From: an uncultured Acidobacteriota bacterium
GTDB taxonomy: Bacteria > Actinomycetota > Acidimicrobiia > Spongiisociales > ZC4RG35
DNA: 43,502 nt
NCBI GenBank assembly: GCA_963828465.1
Contig: CAWHEU010000001.1
Coordinates: 1-43,502 of the forward strand
Reading direction: 5' to 3'
In this document: piece after piece, positions 9,903 to 19,466 of the stretch
Numbering within the stretch: position 1 is the first letter of the stretch
How the letters are laid out: each line of letters starts with the position of its first letter
The notes under the pieces: generated by a model
The model's input: only the letters and a program-made list of their open reading frames with translations
Told to the model about the DNA's origin: nothing
Databases searched by the model: none
Translations under genes and position numbers: made by a program

Positions 9903-11690
9903 ATGGGTGAAGACAGCAAGATCCTGAAGCAGTTCCTGGGCGACACCGACTTCCCGATCGATTGGGCCAGCGATGAGGAGAAGGGGCTGTTCTGGTTCTT
10001 CGACGACCTTCATTGCCCACAGCCACTGTCTCCCATGTACTTCGACATAGGGGGCTGGTGGCTGACCTGCGATCACATGTTCCGGAGGTTCGGCACACCC
10101 TTCGCCTCGGACTGGATCGCCAAGAACATCAACGGATACCTCTACACCGCCGCCATCCCCGCCAATCCGGGGACCACCGTGGAGGGGGTCGAGTTGGGCA
10201 ACCGGTACGCCCCGAGGACTCCCGTCGACGACCCCGCCTACCCGGAGCAGATCGGCGCCTATCTCAACGCAGTGCTTCCGACATACGGGGCTCATTTCGC
10301 CGACTGGTGGGCCAGCCGCCTCGTCCCCGAGATGATCAGGAACTTCGAGTACCTCGAGGAGAAGATCGAACGCTGGGAGGACATCCCCCTGATGGAATGG
10401 GCGACGATCCTCGAGGATGCCATCGACATCCACGACCGCCACTGGAAGATCCATTGGATGCTCAACTTCTCACAGCTGTCGGCCACGCTCGCCCTGCAGG
10501 CTGCTGTCGAGGAGCTGAAGGAGGGTGTCGATCCGACACTGCTCGGCCGGCTGCAGAACTCGGCGAGCGACCGGAACTGGGACTCGATCGAGGCGCTCTG
10601 GCGGATGAAGGGGGAGGTCAAGGAGGACCAGGAGCTTTCTGGGCTCTTCTCCCGTGAGACAGGTGTCGACATCCTCGCCGCGCTGAACGGAAGCGACAGG
10701 GGCAGGAGTTTTCTCGAAGAGAGGCTTCGGCCCTACCAGAAGGAGTTCGGCTGGCATGCCGTATGGAGTCACGAGTTCGTGTTCCCGACCCGCTACGAGA
10801 CACCTGAGCCGATCCTGGAGGTGATCAAGGGATATGTGGACACCGACTACGACTACCCGGCGGCCATTGGCGAGCTGAAGAAGGATCTCGAGGCGGCCAC
10901 CGATGAGCTGTTGGATGGGCTCGAGGGTGAGGCACTTGAGCGCATGAAGCAGGCACACGACACGAATGCCCGAATGGCCCCACTGACACCCGACCACCAC
11001 TTCTACATCGACCAGGGCACCAACGCCCATGTCCGTCTGGTCCTCATCTGCATCGGCCGTCACCTGGCGGCTCGAGGTGCCATTGGCGATCCCAACGACG
11101 TCATGTTCCTCAAGTACAACGAGCTCCGCTATCTGATGGCTGATCCGGAAGGCTCCGACGTCCGGGAGCTGATCTCCGACCGCCGGGATGAGCGGGAGGA
11201 CGCCTATGAGATTCGGCCTCGCGACTGGGTGGGGACTGCCACCGAAGCGGCACTGGCCTTCCCGTATCTGCCTCTCTGGGGATTTCCCGAGCGTCTCGAC
11301 CGGGACTATGCCGTGGCGGAAGATCGGGTCGAAGGGCTGGCCGCTTCAGCGGGTGTCATCGAAGGCGTGGCCAGGGTGGTGCTGAGCCCGGAGCAGTTCG
11401 ACGAGGTGAAAAAGGGGGAGATCCTGGTCTGCCAGATGACCAACCCGGCTTGGGTGACGTTGTTCACGAGGATCAGCGGGTTGGTCTCCGACGCCGGCGG
11501 AGCCGCCTCACATCCTGCAGTCCTGTCGCGGGAGTTCGGCATTCCGGCCGTGATCGGGACATCGGTGGCCACCCAGAAGATCAAGACCGGCGATCTGGTT
11601 CGGGTCAACGGCTCGACCGGCGTCGTCGAGATCCTCCCCGACGATTACGTTGCGCGGGAGGCACCGACATCCGATCTATTGACCTCATGA
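9903..11690 (+). CDS. PEP-utilising dikinase subunit: substrate-binding domain plus C-terminal phospho-His swivel domain (PpsA/CreH/Rph-C-like)
   Basis: C-terminal [29 protein letters not shown] and [24 protein letters not shown] (His537); N-terminal [12 protein letters not shown]. Confidence 0.85.
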   Translation: MGEDSKILKQFLGDTDFPIDWASDEEKGLFWFFDDLHCPQPLSPMYFDIGGWWLTCDHMFRRFGTPFASDWIAKNINGYLYTAAIPANPGTTVEGVELGNRYAPRTPVDDPAYPEQIGAYLNAVLPTYGAHFADWWASRLVPEMIRNFEYLEEKIERWEDIPLMEWATILEDAIDIHDRHWKIHWMLNFSQLSATLALQAAVEELKEGVDPTLLGRLQNSASDRNWDSIEALWRMKGEVKEDQELSGLFSRETGVDILAALNGSDRGRSFLEERLRPYQKEFGWHAVWSHEFVFPTRYETPEPILEVIKGYVDTDYDYPAAIGELKKDLEAATDELLDGLEGEALERMKQAHDTNARMAPLTPDHHFYIDQGTNAHVRLVLICIGRHLAARGAIGDPNDVMFLKYNELRYLMADPEGSDVRELISDRRDEREDAYEIRPRDWVGTATEAALAFPYLPLWGFPERLDRDYAVAEDRVEGLAASAGVIEGVARVVLSPEQFDEVKKGEILVCQMTNPAWVTLFTRISGLVSDAGGAASHPAVLSREFGIPAVIGTSVATQKIKTGDLVRVNGSTGVVEILPDDYVAREAPTSDLLTS

Positions 11691-12628
11691 GCGTGACCGA
11701 GGATGTCATCTGGCTGGATGACATCGAGTGCCACCGGGCGGAACTGGCCGGTGGCAAGGGTGCGAGTCTCGGCAGGATGACGGGTACCGGCATGCCGGTG
11801 CCACCCGGCTTCGTGGTTACGGCTGGCGCCTTGAGTGACTCTCTCGCCACTGGAGGCGTCTTGGAGAAAGTGAGAGATCTCGCCCGATCCTTCGAAGTGG
11901 GCGCCGAAGGAGGTCGCATCGCCGGTGAAATCCAGGCGATCGTGCTCAGCTCGCCGCCATCGGAGGAGTTGGCCGAGCACATCACGAGCGCCTATCAGAA
12001 CCTCGGGCCGGATGTCCCGGTTGCCGTCAGGTCGAGCGCTTGTGCCGAAGATGGCGAGTCGGCCAGTTTCGCCGGCCAGCAGGAGACGTATCTGAACGTG
12101 ATCGGCTCGGAGAATGTGCTCGAGGGAGTCGTTCGGTGCTGGGCATCGTTCTTCACGGAAAGAGCCCTCTTCTATCGGCGCAGCAAGGGGTCGCTCACCG
12201 ACCTCCAAATGGCCGTAGTGGTGCAACAACAGATCGCCGCAGACAAGTCAGGGGTCATCTTCACGACGGACCCCATCCGACAGCGCTCCGATCAAATGGT
12301 GATCGAGGCGGGGTACGGGCTGGGAGAGGCCCTGGTCTCCGGTCTGATCACACCTGACAACTACGTGGCTCGAAGGGACGGCAGGCTGAAGAGGGTCCGT
12401 CTCGGGCAACAAGATCAGATGACGGTCCGCGTGGACGATGGGGGGACGACGACCGTGCCCCTCGATGAGGAGATCGCCGGCTCTCAGGTCCTCGACGAGG
12501 ACGAGATCTCGCGCCTCGTGGAGGTAGGCCTCGAACTCGAAGCAGCCTTCGGGTCGCCGCAGGACATCGAGTGGGCGTTCGAGGCCGACCGGCTATACGT
12601 CCTTCAATCGCGTCCGATCACGACCTGA
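11687..12628 (+). CDS. Stand-alone ATP-grasp PEP/pyruvate-binding (PPDK_N) dikinase subunit (PpsB/CreI-like)
   Basis: AGGKGASL, VPPGFVV, AVRSSACAED, SFAGQQETYLN, GLGEALVSG, QDIEWA and LQSRPIT; ATGA overlap with the upstream gene. Confidence 0.9.
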   Translation: MSVTEDVIWLDDIECHRAELAGGKGASLGRMTGTGMPVPPGFVVTAGALSDSLATGGVLEKVRDLARSFEVGAEGGRIAGEIQAIVLSSPPSEELAEHITSAYQNLGPDVPVAVRSSACAEDGESASFAGQQETYLNVIGSENVLEGVVRCWASFFTERALFYRRSKGSLTDLQMAVVVQQQIAADKSGVIFTTDPIRQRSDQMVIEAGYGLGEALVSGLITPDNYVARRDGRLKRVRLGQQDQMTVRVDDGGTTTVPLDEEIAGSQVLDEDEISRLVEVGLELEAAFGSPQDIEWAFEADRLYVLQSRPITT

Positions 12629-12646
12629 CCGGAGTGTGACCATCAG

Positions 12647-13477
12647 GTGACTTGGTTCGAGTATCAGCGGCCCCAGAGCCTGGGCGAGGCATCCGATCTG
12701 CTTCGCAAGGATGATGCGGTTGCGCTGGCCGGAGGCACCGACCTGCTGGTGGCAGTTCGTCATCGGACGGTGCGCCCGGCCCTGGTGGTCGACCTGAAGT
12801 CGGTGACCGACATCGCTGACGGGATCGAGGTCGAACGTGACCGGCTCCGGATCGGGGGCCGCGTGGTGATGAACCGGCTGACCAGAAACGAACACGTGAA
12901 CAGGCATTTTCCGGCGCTGGCGCAGGCTGCTGCGGTCGTCGGTTCCGTGCAGATCCGCAACCGAGCGACCCTGGCCGGGAACCTCTGCAACGCCTCGCCT
13001 GCTGCGGACACTGCCCCGGCCCTTCTCGCCTATGGGGCAACCGTGATCGCATCCGGCCCCGATACAACCCGGTCGATCCCGGTCGAGGAGTTCTTCACCG
13101 GGCCGGGCACGACCGTCCTGGGGCGGGGGGAGATCGTCACAGCGGTCGAGATCCCGATTCGGGCCACGGCCGTGGGCTCGGCCTTCGCCCGGGTGACTCG
13201 CCGGCGCGGAGTCGATCTGGCGTCGGTGAGCCTCGCCTGCACTCTGGACTCTTCGGGGCGGACGCGCTTTGGGTTCGGAGCGGTCGGGCCGACTCCGCTC
13301 CTGGCTGAGTCGACGTTCGACGAGCTCGCCACCGACGAGGGATGGTCCCGGCTGCTGGCCGTCACCAGTCCCATCACCGATGTGCGTGCCGGTGCCGAAT
13401 ACCGGCGAGCCATGCTCCACGTGCACTCGAGAAGAGCCTTTCAGACAGCATCCGAACAGGTGAGGGCGGCGCAATGA
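12647..13477 (+). CDS. Xanthine-dehydrogenase-family FAD-binding subunit (CoxM-like)
   Basis: LAGGTDL, QIRNRATLAGNLCNASPAAD and DVRAGAEYR motifs. Confidence 0.92.
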   Translation: MTWFEYQRPQSLGEASDLLRKDDAVALAGGTDLLVAVRHRTVRPALVVDLKSVTDIADGIEVERDRLRIGGRVVMNRLTRNEHVNRHFPALAQAAAVVGSVQIRNRATLAGNLCNASPAADTAPALLAYGATVIASGPDTTRSIPVEEFFTGPGTTVLGRGEIVTAVEIPIRATAVGSAFARVTRRRGVDLASVSLACTLDSSGRTRFGFGAVGPTPLLAESTFDELATDEGWSRLLAVTSPITDVRAGAEYRRAMLHVHSRRAFQTASEQVRAAQ

Positions 13478-13953
13478 CCGCGATCGAGTCGGCGATCACA
13501 TTGACGGTGAATGGCTCCAGGAGAACGGTCAGCGTCAGCCCGTCCACGACGCTTCTCGAGATGGTCCGGACTCGACTCGAGCTGACCGGCTCCAAGGAGT
13601 GCTGTGCTGAAGGAGAGTGTGGAGCCTGCACCATGATCCTCGACGGCGAGCCGGTGAACTCCTGTCTGGTCCTGGCGGTCGAGACCGACGGGTCGGAGGT
13701 CACCACCATCGAGGGAATCGGCGCCGCCGGCATGACCCCGCTCCAGGAGAGCTTTCTCGCCACCGGCGCGATCCAATGCGGCTTCTGCATCCCCGGGATG
13801 GTCGTGGCCGCGACCGCCCTGTTGGAACGAATCCCCCGACCCACCGAGTCCGAGGTCCGGGAGGGGTTGTCGGGCAACCTTTGCCGTTGTGGCGGGTACT
13901 CGCGGATCTGCGCCGCGGTGATGGCCGTCGCCGGTGGGGACGGTGCGACATGA
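13474..13953 (+). CDS. Xanthine-dehydrogenase-family 2x[2Fe-2S] subunit (CoxS-like)
   Basis: CCAEGECGACT, QCGFCIPG and GNLCRCGGY motifs; ATGA overlap. Confidence 0.93.
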   Translation: MTAIESAITLTVNGSRRTVSVSPSTTLLEMVRTRLELTGSKECCAEGECGACTMILDGEPVNSCLVLAVETDGSEVTTIEGIGAAGMTPLQESFLATGAIQCGFCIPGMVVAATALLERIPRPTESEVREGLSGNLCRCGGYSRICAAVMAVAGGDGAT

Positions 13954-16206
13954 CCGAGCGCGGGCTTGGGGATCTCCGCCCCGAGGGTGGGCGGGTCTGA
14001 CCGGGTGACCGGCGCCCAGCGTTTCGCCGCCGACATCGCCATCGAGGACGTCCTGCACGTCGCCCTCGTCCATCTCGACTGTGGCCATGCCGCCATCGAG
14101 GAGATCGACACATCGAGGGCCGCCGGGATCGAAGGGGTCGTGCGGGTGTTCACCGCCGAGGACTTCCCCAACCCCGTGCCACGGTTCGGGCCACGTTTCG
14201 CCGACCGGCCTGTCATCGCGACAGATGAGACGAAGTACCACGGAGAGCCGCTGGCGGCCGTCGTAGCCGTCAGCAAGGAGGCGGCTGCGGAAGGCGCGTC
14301 GGCGGTCCGGGTGGAGTACAAGGAGCTCCCCGGCGTCTACTCGATCGACGACGCCCTCGATCCGAAGTCGCCACTGGTCCTGGACCCCCGGCTCCGCACC
14401 GCTGACGACCCATTGGCCGACAGCAACGTAAGACAGCGCTGGGACTGGGGCTGGGGCGACGTCGACTCGACCGAGGCCGAACTGGTGATCGACGAGTCAT
14501 ACACCTTCCCGATGGTCACTCACTTCTCGATCGAGCCCCACGCCTTCGCTGCGGCTCCGGAGGGTGGGGGAGTGACGGTATGGAGCTCGATCCAGCATCC
14601 CTATTTCCTGCAGGGGACGTTGGCGAGCCTGCTCGATCTCCCAATTTCAAAGGTACGGGTCCACGCACCGGACCCGGGCGGAGGGTTCGGGGGCAAGGGA
14701 TTCCCGAAATACGAGCCGCTGGTCGCCATGATCGCCCTCGAGTTGGGACGTCCGGTAAGACTCGTCCTCACACTCGAGGAGACGTTCCAGGCGGTCCGCC
14801 GCACCAATGCCCGCCTCCAGCTCCGCAGCGGTTTCGCTCGCGATGGCCGCCTCGTCTTCATCGATGCCATCGAGGACTTCATGATGGGCGCCTATGCCGA
14901 CATCGCCCCACGGGTGATCAGCAAGAGCAGCTACTTCGCCGCCGGGCCCTACAAGGTCGGGGCGGTGAGGGCCGTCGTTCGTGGCCTCATGTCGCACACG
15001 ACTCCGAGCACGGCGTTCCGTGGCTTCGGCGCCCCGCAAATGACGTGGGCCATCGAGTCGCAGATGGATGCCGCAGCCCGGGCCCTGACGATCGACCCGG
15101 TCGAGATCAGGCTCCTGAATCTGGCCGGGCCCGGGGAGGAGATCGTGCCCGGCGATCGACCCGCCGACGGGGACTGGCGCCAGGCTTTGAACATCGCCGC
15201 AGAGAGGGTGGGCTGGGGAGAGCCCTTGCTGCCGGGTCATGGCCGCGGAATCTCCGTTGGATTGAAGGCGTCTGCCACTGCCGGAGCGTCGTATTGCATC
15301 CTGCGCATCCTCCATGACGGGAGCGTCTCGCTGATCGCCGGCACGTCGGACATGGGTCAGGGGGCCCGGACCATCCTCACCCAACTGGTGTCCGAGAATC
15401 TCGGGGTGCCCATGGAACGGGTGAGCCTCGTGATGGGCGACACCGCAGTTGTCCCATTCGACTACTCGACCTCGGCGAGCCGGTCGACCGTGTTCATGGG
15501 GAGCGCCGTGGTCGACGCCTGCCAAAAGGCGATTGCGGATCTGAGGGCCAAGGCGGCCGAACAACACAAGGTGTCGGTCGAGGATGTCGTCTTCACCCCC
15601 GGCCACGTGTCCGTCGATGGGGCCGTCTACACGCTCGCCGAGGTATTGAGCGATGTGTTTGGCGCGGTCCCCGGTGAGATCATCGTCACTGGCTCACAGA
15701 GGGGTGAGGGGGACGCCGATCACCCGCTGGGCGGCCCGGCCTCGTTCTACGAGGTGTCCTGCACGGCGTCCGAGGTGTCGGTCGACCTCGAGACCGGTGA
15801 TTTCGAACTGGTCAAGCACATCACAGTCGCCGACGTGGGAAAAGCCATCAATCCCCAGCACGTGGAGATGCAGGACGAGGGTGCTGCCGTGATGGGTCTC
15901 GGTCATACGCTCATGGAGCATTTGATCCTCGACGAGCACGGGCGGATCGTGAACCTGGGTGCGCTCGACTACCGCATCCCCACCTTCAAGGACATGCCGT
16001 CCACCTTGGAGTCGGTGCTGGTCGAGAATGGAGACGGCCCCGGGCCTGGTGGAGCAAAGGGGAGCGGGGAAGGGGGTCTACTGGCTACATCGCCTGCCAT
16101 TGCGGCCGCCCTGACTCAGGCGACTGGAGTGGTGATCAAGGACCTGCCGCTGACTCCGGAACGGGTGTGGCAGGCGATGCACGGCGGAGACGAAGGGCGT
16201 GAGTAG
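13950..16206 (+). CDS. Xanthine-dehydrogenase-family molybdopterin-binding subunit (true start probably ATG 13950 with a 1-bp insertion; in-frame TTG at 13966)
   Basis: GGGFGGK, TAFRGFGAPQ, SDMGQG, TSASRST and GAKGSGEGG motifs. Confidence 0.9.
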
Positions 16207-16985
16207 TGATTGAGATGTTCGACCTCAGCGGACGGGTTGCGATCATCCCTGGCGGGGGAGGCGCCATCGGATCGGCGCTGGCGAAGGGCCTGGCCGGTGC
16301 CGGAGCCGCCATCGCCGTGGTGGGACGATCGAAGGAGCGTGCCGATCGGGCCGCGGCCGAGATCACCGGATCCGGTGGGCGGGCTGTGGCGATCTCGGCC
16401 GACGCCACCGACCCCGAAGGCGCCCAGAGGGCCATCGACCAGACAATGGCCGAGTTCGGGAGGGTCGACATCATCATCAATGCCATCGGCGGCGGCGCCG
16501 GGGACGTGTTGCATGATGCCCAGGAGTATCCAGGCGACGACTGGGACTGGATCATGGAGCTCAACGTCCGGAGCACGCTCCTGCCGACCCAAGCCGCGGT
16601 CCGCCAGATGGTGGAGCAGGGCGATGGTGGGCGCGTCATCAACATCTCCTCGGTTCGCGGGCAGTTGGGCATCAACGCCGGCTACTCGGCCTATGTCGCC
16701 GCCAAGGGGGCAATCGACTCGCTCACCAGGCAATGGGCAACCGAATGGGCCAAGCATGGGATCACCGTCAACGCCATCTCTCCCACCTTCGTCGATACGC
16801 CCCAGGTGGCGTCTCTTCTCGGCGACCCGGAGTTCAAGGCGAGGATCGTGTCGCGGATCCCTCTCGGGCGGATTGGGACCACGGACGATCTGTTGGGTGC
16901 CGTCCTCCTGTTCTGCAGCGGGGCCTCGTCCTTCATCACCGGTCAGATACTCACCATCGATGGCGGGCTCACCGCCACCCAGTGA
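16206..16985 (+). CDS. Short-chain dehydrogenase/reductase (classical SDR)
   Basis: PGGGGAIG, INISS, YVAAK, VNAISP and ITGQILTIDGG motifs. Confidence 0.92.
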   Translation: MIEMFDLSGRVAIIPGGGGAIGSALAKGLAGAGAAIAVVGRSKERADRAAAEITGSGGRAVAISADATDPEGAQRAIDQTMAEFGRVDIIINAIGGGAGDVLHDAQEYPGDDWDWIMELNVRSTLLPTQAAVRQMVEQGDGGRVINISSVRGQLGINAGYSAYVAAKGAIDSLTRQWATEWAKHGITVNAISPTFVDTPQVASLLGDPEFKARIVSRIPLGRIGTTDDLLGAVLLFCSGASSFITGQILTIDGGLTATQ

Positions 16986-17006
16986 TCCTCGAAGAGGGAG
17001 TCGATC

Positions 17007-17864
17007 ATGGAGCAAGCCACCGAGAACGTCTTCGTCGAGACCGGCCTCCGAGGCTGTAACCCGGGGTACGTCGTCACTAGCGACGGGGTGGTGGTGGTCG
17101 ATACGCCTCAGCTGCCCACCAAGGCTGTCGAGATGCGTCGCCAGGCCGAGACTCATGGTGAGATTCGCTATCTGATCAACACCGAGCACCACGTCGACCA
17201 CATCTTTGGCAACTACTACTTCAAGGGCTCCGGGACGGTCGTCAACCACCGTGGCCTGTACGAGAACTTCATGGTCGTGACCCCCGACCTCGATCCTTTC
17301 GCCTACGCGGCGGAGGCGATCCCGACGGACGATCTGGAGGGTGAGGCGATATTCCCGGATCGCCATGAGTACTACGCCGATCCGAACAAGGGCACCATCG
17401 TCTTCGACGGGAATCTGACGCTGCGGGTTGGCGACCACACGTTCGAGTTGATCCACACCCCGGGGCACACTCCGGGGCAGTTGGCTGTCTATGTGCCGGA
17501 GGAAAGAGTGGTGTTCACCGGGGACACCATCTTCAGCGAATGCCAGACATGGCTCATGACCTCCGACATCGACCAATGGCTCGAAGCCCTGGAGACGATC
17601 AGGCAGTTGGACGTGAAGTACATCCTTCCCGGACATGGCCCCGTGACCACCAAGAGCTATCTCGACACACAGCGATCGAACCTCCTCGACTGGAAGTCTG
17701 CGGTGGCAGCGGCCGTCGCCAAGGGATGGACACGCGAAGAAACCGTCGAGCGGGTCAACTTCGCCGACCGATACCCGGTCGATATCGGCCAGGGCTACAT
17801 GATGGACCACATCCAGACACTCAACGCGGGGTCGTTGTACGACAAGATGACCGGCCAGGCCTAG
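17007..17864 (+). CDS. Metallo-beta-lactamase-fold hydrolase (cyclase-like)
   Basis: VVVDT, NTEHHVDH, TPGHT, FTGDT and LPGHG motifs. Confidence 0.88.
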   Translation: MEQATENVFVETGLRGCNPGYVVTSDGVVVVDTPQLPTKAVEMRRQAETHGEIRYLINTEHHVDHIFGNYYFKGSGTVVNHRGLYENFMVVTPDLDPFAYAAEAIPTDDLEGEAIFPDRHEYYADPNKGTIVFDGNLTLRVGDHTFELIHTPGHTPGQLAVYVPEERVVFTGDTIFSECQTWLMTSDIDQWLEALETIRQLDVKYILPGHGPVTTKSYLDTQRSNLLDWKSAVAAAVAKGWTREETVERVNFADRYPVDIGQGYMMDHIQTLNAGSLYDKMTGQA

Positions 17865-17874
17865 TGACCCACTA

Positions 17875-18531
17875 GTGCGGCTCTACCTCCTACGACACGG
17901 CGAAATCACGTCCCATCGTGGCGATGTGCCGATCACGGCCGCAGCCGAGGAGCAGGCGTTCTCGGTGGGACGGGGCTTTGGTCTCCGTGAGCCGGGCCCG
18001 ATCACCGTGCTGAGCGGGGAGACACGCAGGGCGATTGACACTGCGACCCACCTTGCGCGTGGTGTCATCGATGCGGGTGGCGACGTGATCGGGCCGGAGG
18101 TTGCATTCGCGCTTCGCAACCCCGATCTCTACGTGGCGGGGGTGAGAGTCAACATGGTGAGCAGCGCCGATGCTCTAGCCGAACAGGTGGAGGGACTCTC
18201 TGCCGAGGATGTGGCGTCGCTCGGGTTCTTCCCGACTTTCTTCGACTCGCCTGACCGCATCGGGTGGTGGCTGGCCCACGCTTCACCTCCAGGGGAGGAC
18301 GCCAGGTCGGTCGCTGCCCGCGTGGAGTCCTTTGCCGGGAGCCTCGTCGATCCGATACCCGACAGGCTCGAAGTCGTCGTCGCCGTGACCCATTCGCCTT
18401 TGCTCCGAGCCGTCGCCAGTCACTCCCTGGGACATGACATCGGCGAGCCCCCCTGGGTGTCGGGTCTGCTGATGGTGGTCGACGACGACCGCAACACGAC
18501 GGTCGAGGTGTTCGACCCTGGTGCGGGATGA
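17875..18531 (+). CDS. Histidine phosphatase (phosphoglycerate-mutase-like) family protein
   Basis: LYLLRHGE, RRAIDTA and VAVTHSP motifs. Confidence 0.8.
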   Translation: MRLYLLRHGEITSHRGDVPITAAAEEQAFSVGRGFGLREPGPITVLSGETRRAIDTATHLARGVIDAGGDVIGPEVAFALRNPDLYVAGVRVNMVSSADALAEQVEGLSAEDVASLGFFPTFFDSPDRIGWWLAHASPPGEDARSVAARVESFAGSLVDPIPDRLEVVVAVTHSPLLRAVASHSLGHDIGEPPWVSGLLMVVDDDRNTTVEVFDPGAG

Positions 18532-19466
18532 GCTTCGAAGTCATCTGCATGGGCAGGCTGGGGATCGACCTCTACCCGTTGCAGTCCGGCGTTCGCCTGG
18601 GATCGGTCACCAGCTTCGGGAGATTTCTCGGAGGGAGTGCCGCCAATGTTGCGGTGGCGGCAGCACGGCATGGTCGGCGCACGGCTCTGATCTCGAGGAC
18701 CGGCGCCGACGACTTCGGCCGGTTCCTCAGCGAAGAGCTCGAGCGGCTTGGGGTGAGCAGTGAGTTCGTATCGAGGGTCGAGGGACTCCCGACACCCATC
18801 ACCTTCTGTGAGATCCATCCGCCCGACCACTTCCCGATCACTTTCTATCGGTATCCCAAAGCGCCCGACATGGAGATTCGACCCGAGGACCTCGATGAGG
18901 AGAGCGTTGGTGGTGCCCGATTGTTCTGGATCACGACCACCGGCCTCTCCCAGGAGCCCAGTCGTTCCGCCCACCACGAGGCACTCCGGATGAGGGTTGG
19001 TGCCGGCCTCACAGTCCTCGACCTCGACTATCGAGAGCAGTTCTGGAGCGATGTAGGAGACGCCAGAGAAGAGATCGCTGCAGTCCTACCGCACGTGGAC
19101 ATCGTCGTGGGAAATCTTGTCGAGTGTGAGGTGGCCGTCGGTGAAACCGACCCGCATCGAGCCGGCAAAGCCCTCCTCGAGCGAGGACCTACGACCGCCG
19201 TCGTCAAGCTTGGCCCGGAGGGAGTGCTGGGCTTCGAGCCGAAGGGCCAGGTCTCGGTGCCCCCGGTCGAAGTCGAGGTGGTGAACGGCTTGGGAGCTGG
19301 AGACGCATTCGGTGGAGCTCTGTGCCATGGAGTCTTGGAGGGTTGGCCCCTGCAAAGAGCGCTGGAGTTCGCCAACACCGCCGGTGCGATCGTCGCATCG
19401 CGATTGGAATGCTCGACGGCAATGCCGGACACTGAGGAAGTAATGGCCCTTCTGCCGCGGAGGTGA
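18528..19466 (+). CDS. iolC: 5-dehydro-2-deoxygluconokinase (PfkB family)
   Basis: MGRLGIDLYP, FLGGSAANVAVAAAR, FCEIHPPDHFP, LDLDYR and NGLGAGDAFGG motifs. Confidence 0.85.
   Translation: MSFEVICMGRLGIDLYPLQSGVRLGSVTSFGRFLGGSAANVAVAAARHGRRTALISRTGADDFGRFLSEELERLGVSSEFVSRVEGLPTPITFCEIHPPDHFPITFYRYPKAPDMEIRPEDLDEESVGGARLFWITTTGLSQEPSRSAHHEALRMRVGAGLTVLDLDYREQFWSDVGDAREEIAAVLPHVDIVVGNLVECEVAVGETDPHRAGKALLERGPTTAVVKLGPEGVLGFEPKGQVSVPPVEVEVVNGLGAGDAFGGALCHGVLEGWPLQRALEFANTAGAIVASRLECSTAMPDTEEVMALLPRR

Noticed and set aside
9903-12628. Rifampin phosphotransferase resistance gene
   Set aside because: Rph is a single fused polypeptide; this pair is split and embedded in a catabolic operon.
9903-16206. 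Anaerobic phenol pathway (phenylphosphate synthase plus 4-hydroxybenzoyl-CoA reductase)
   Set aside because: No UbiD carboxylase, CoA ligase or PpsC-like gene is in the window, and the FAD subunit lacks the HcrB [4Fe-4S] insertion.
12647-16206. Aerobic CO dehydrogenase coxMSL
   Set aside because: The M-S-L gene order fits, but the AYxCSFR motif and coxDEFG are absent. The MoxR/VWA genes ~19 kb away are of the Rv1479 type, not CoxD/E.
16116-17810. 564-aa minus-strand ORF
   Set aside because: It is the antisense shadow of the SDR and MBL genes, expected with high GC3, and has no motifs.
17007-17864. Metallo-beta-lactamase resistance gene
   Set aside because: It has no signal peptide, an altered metal motif and a metabolic context.
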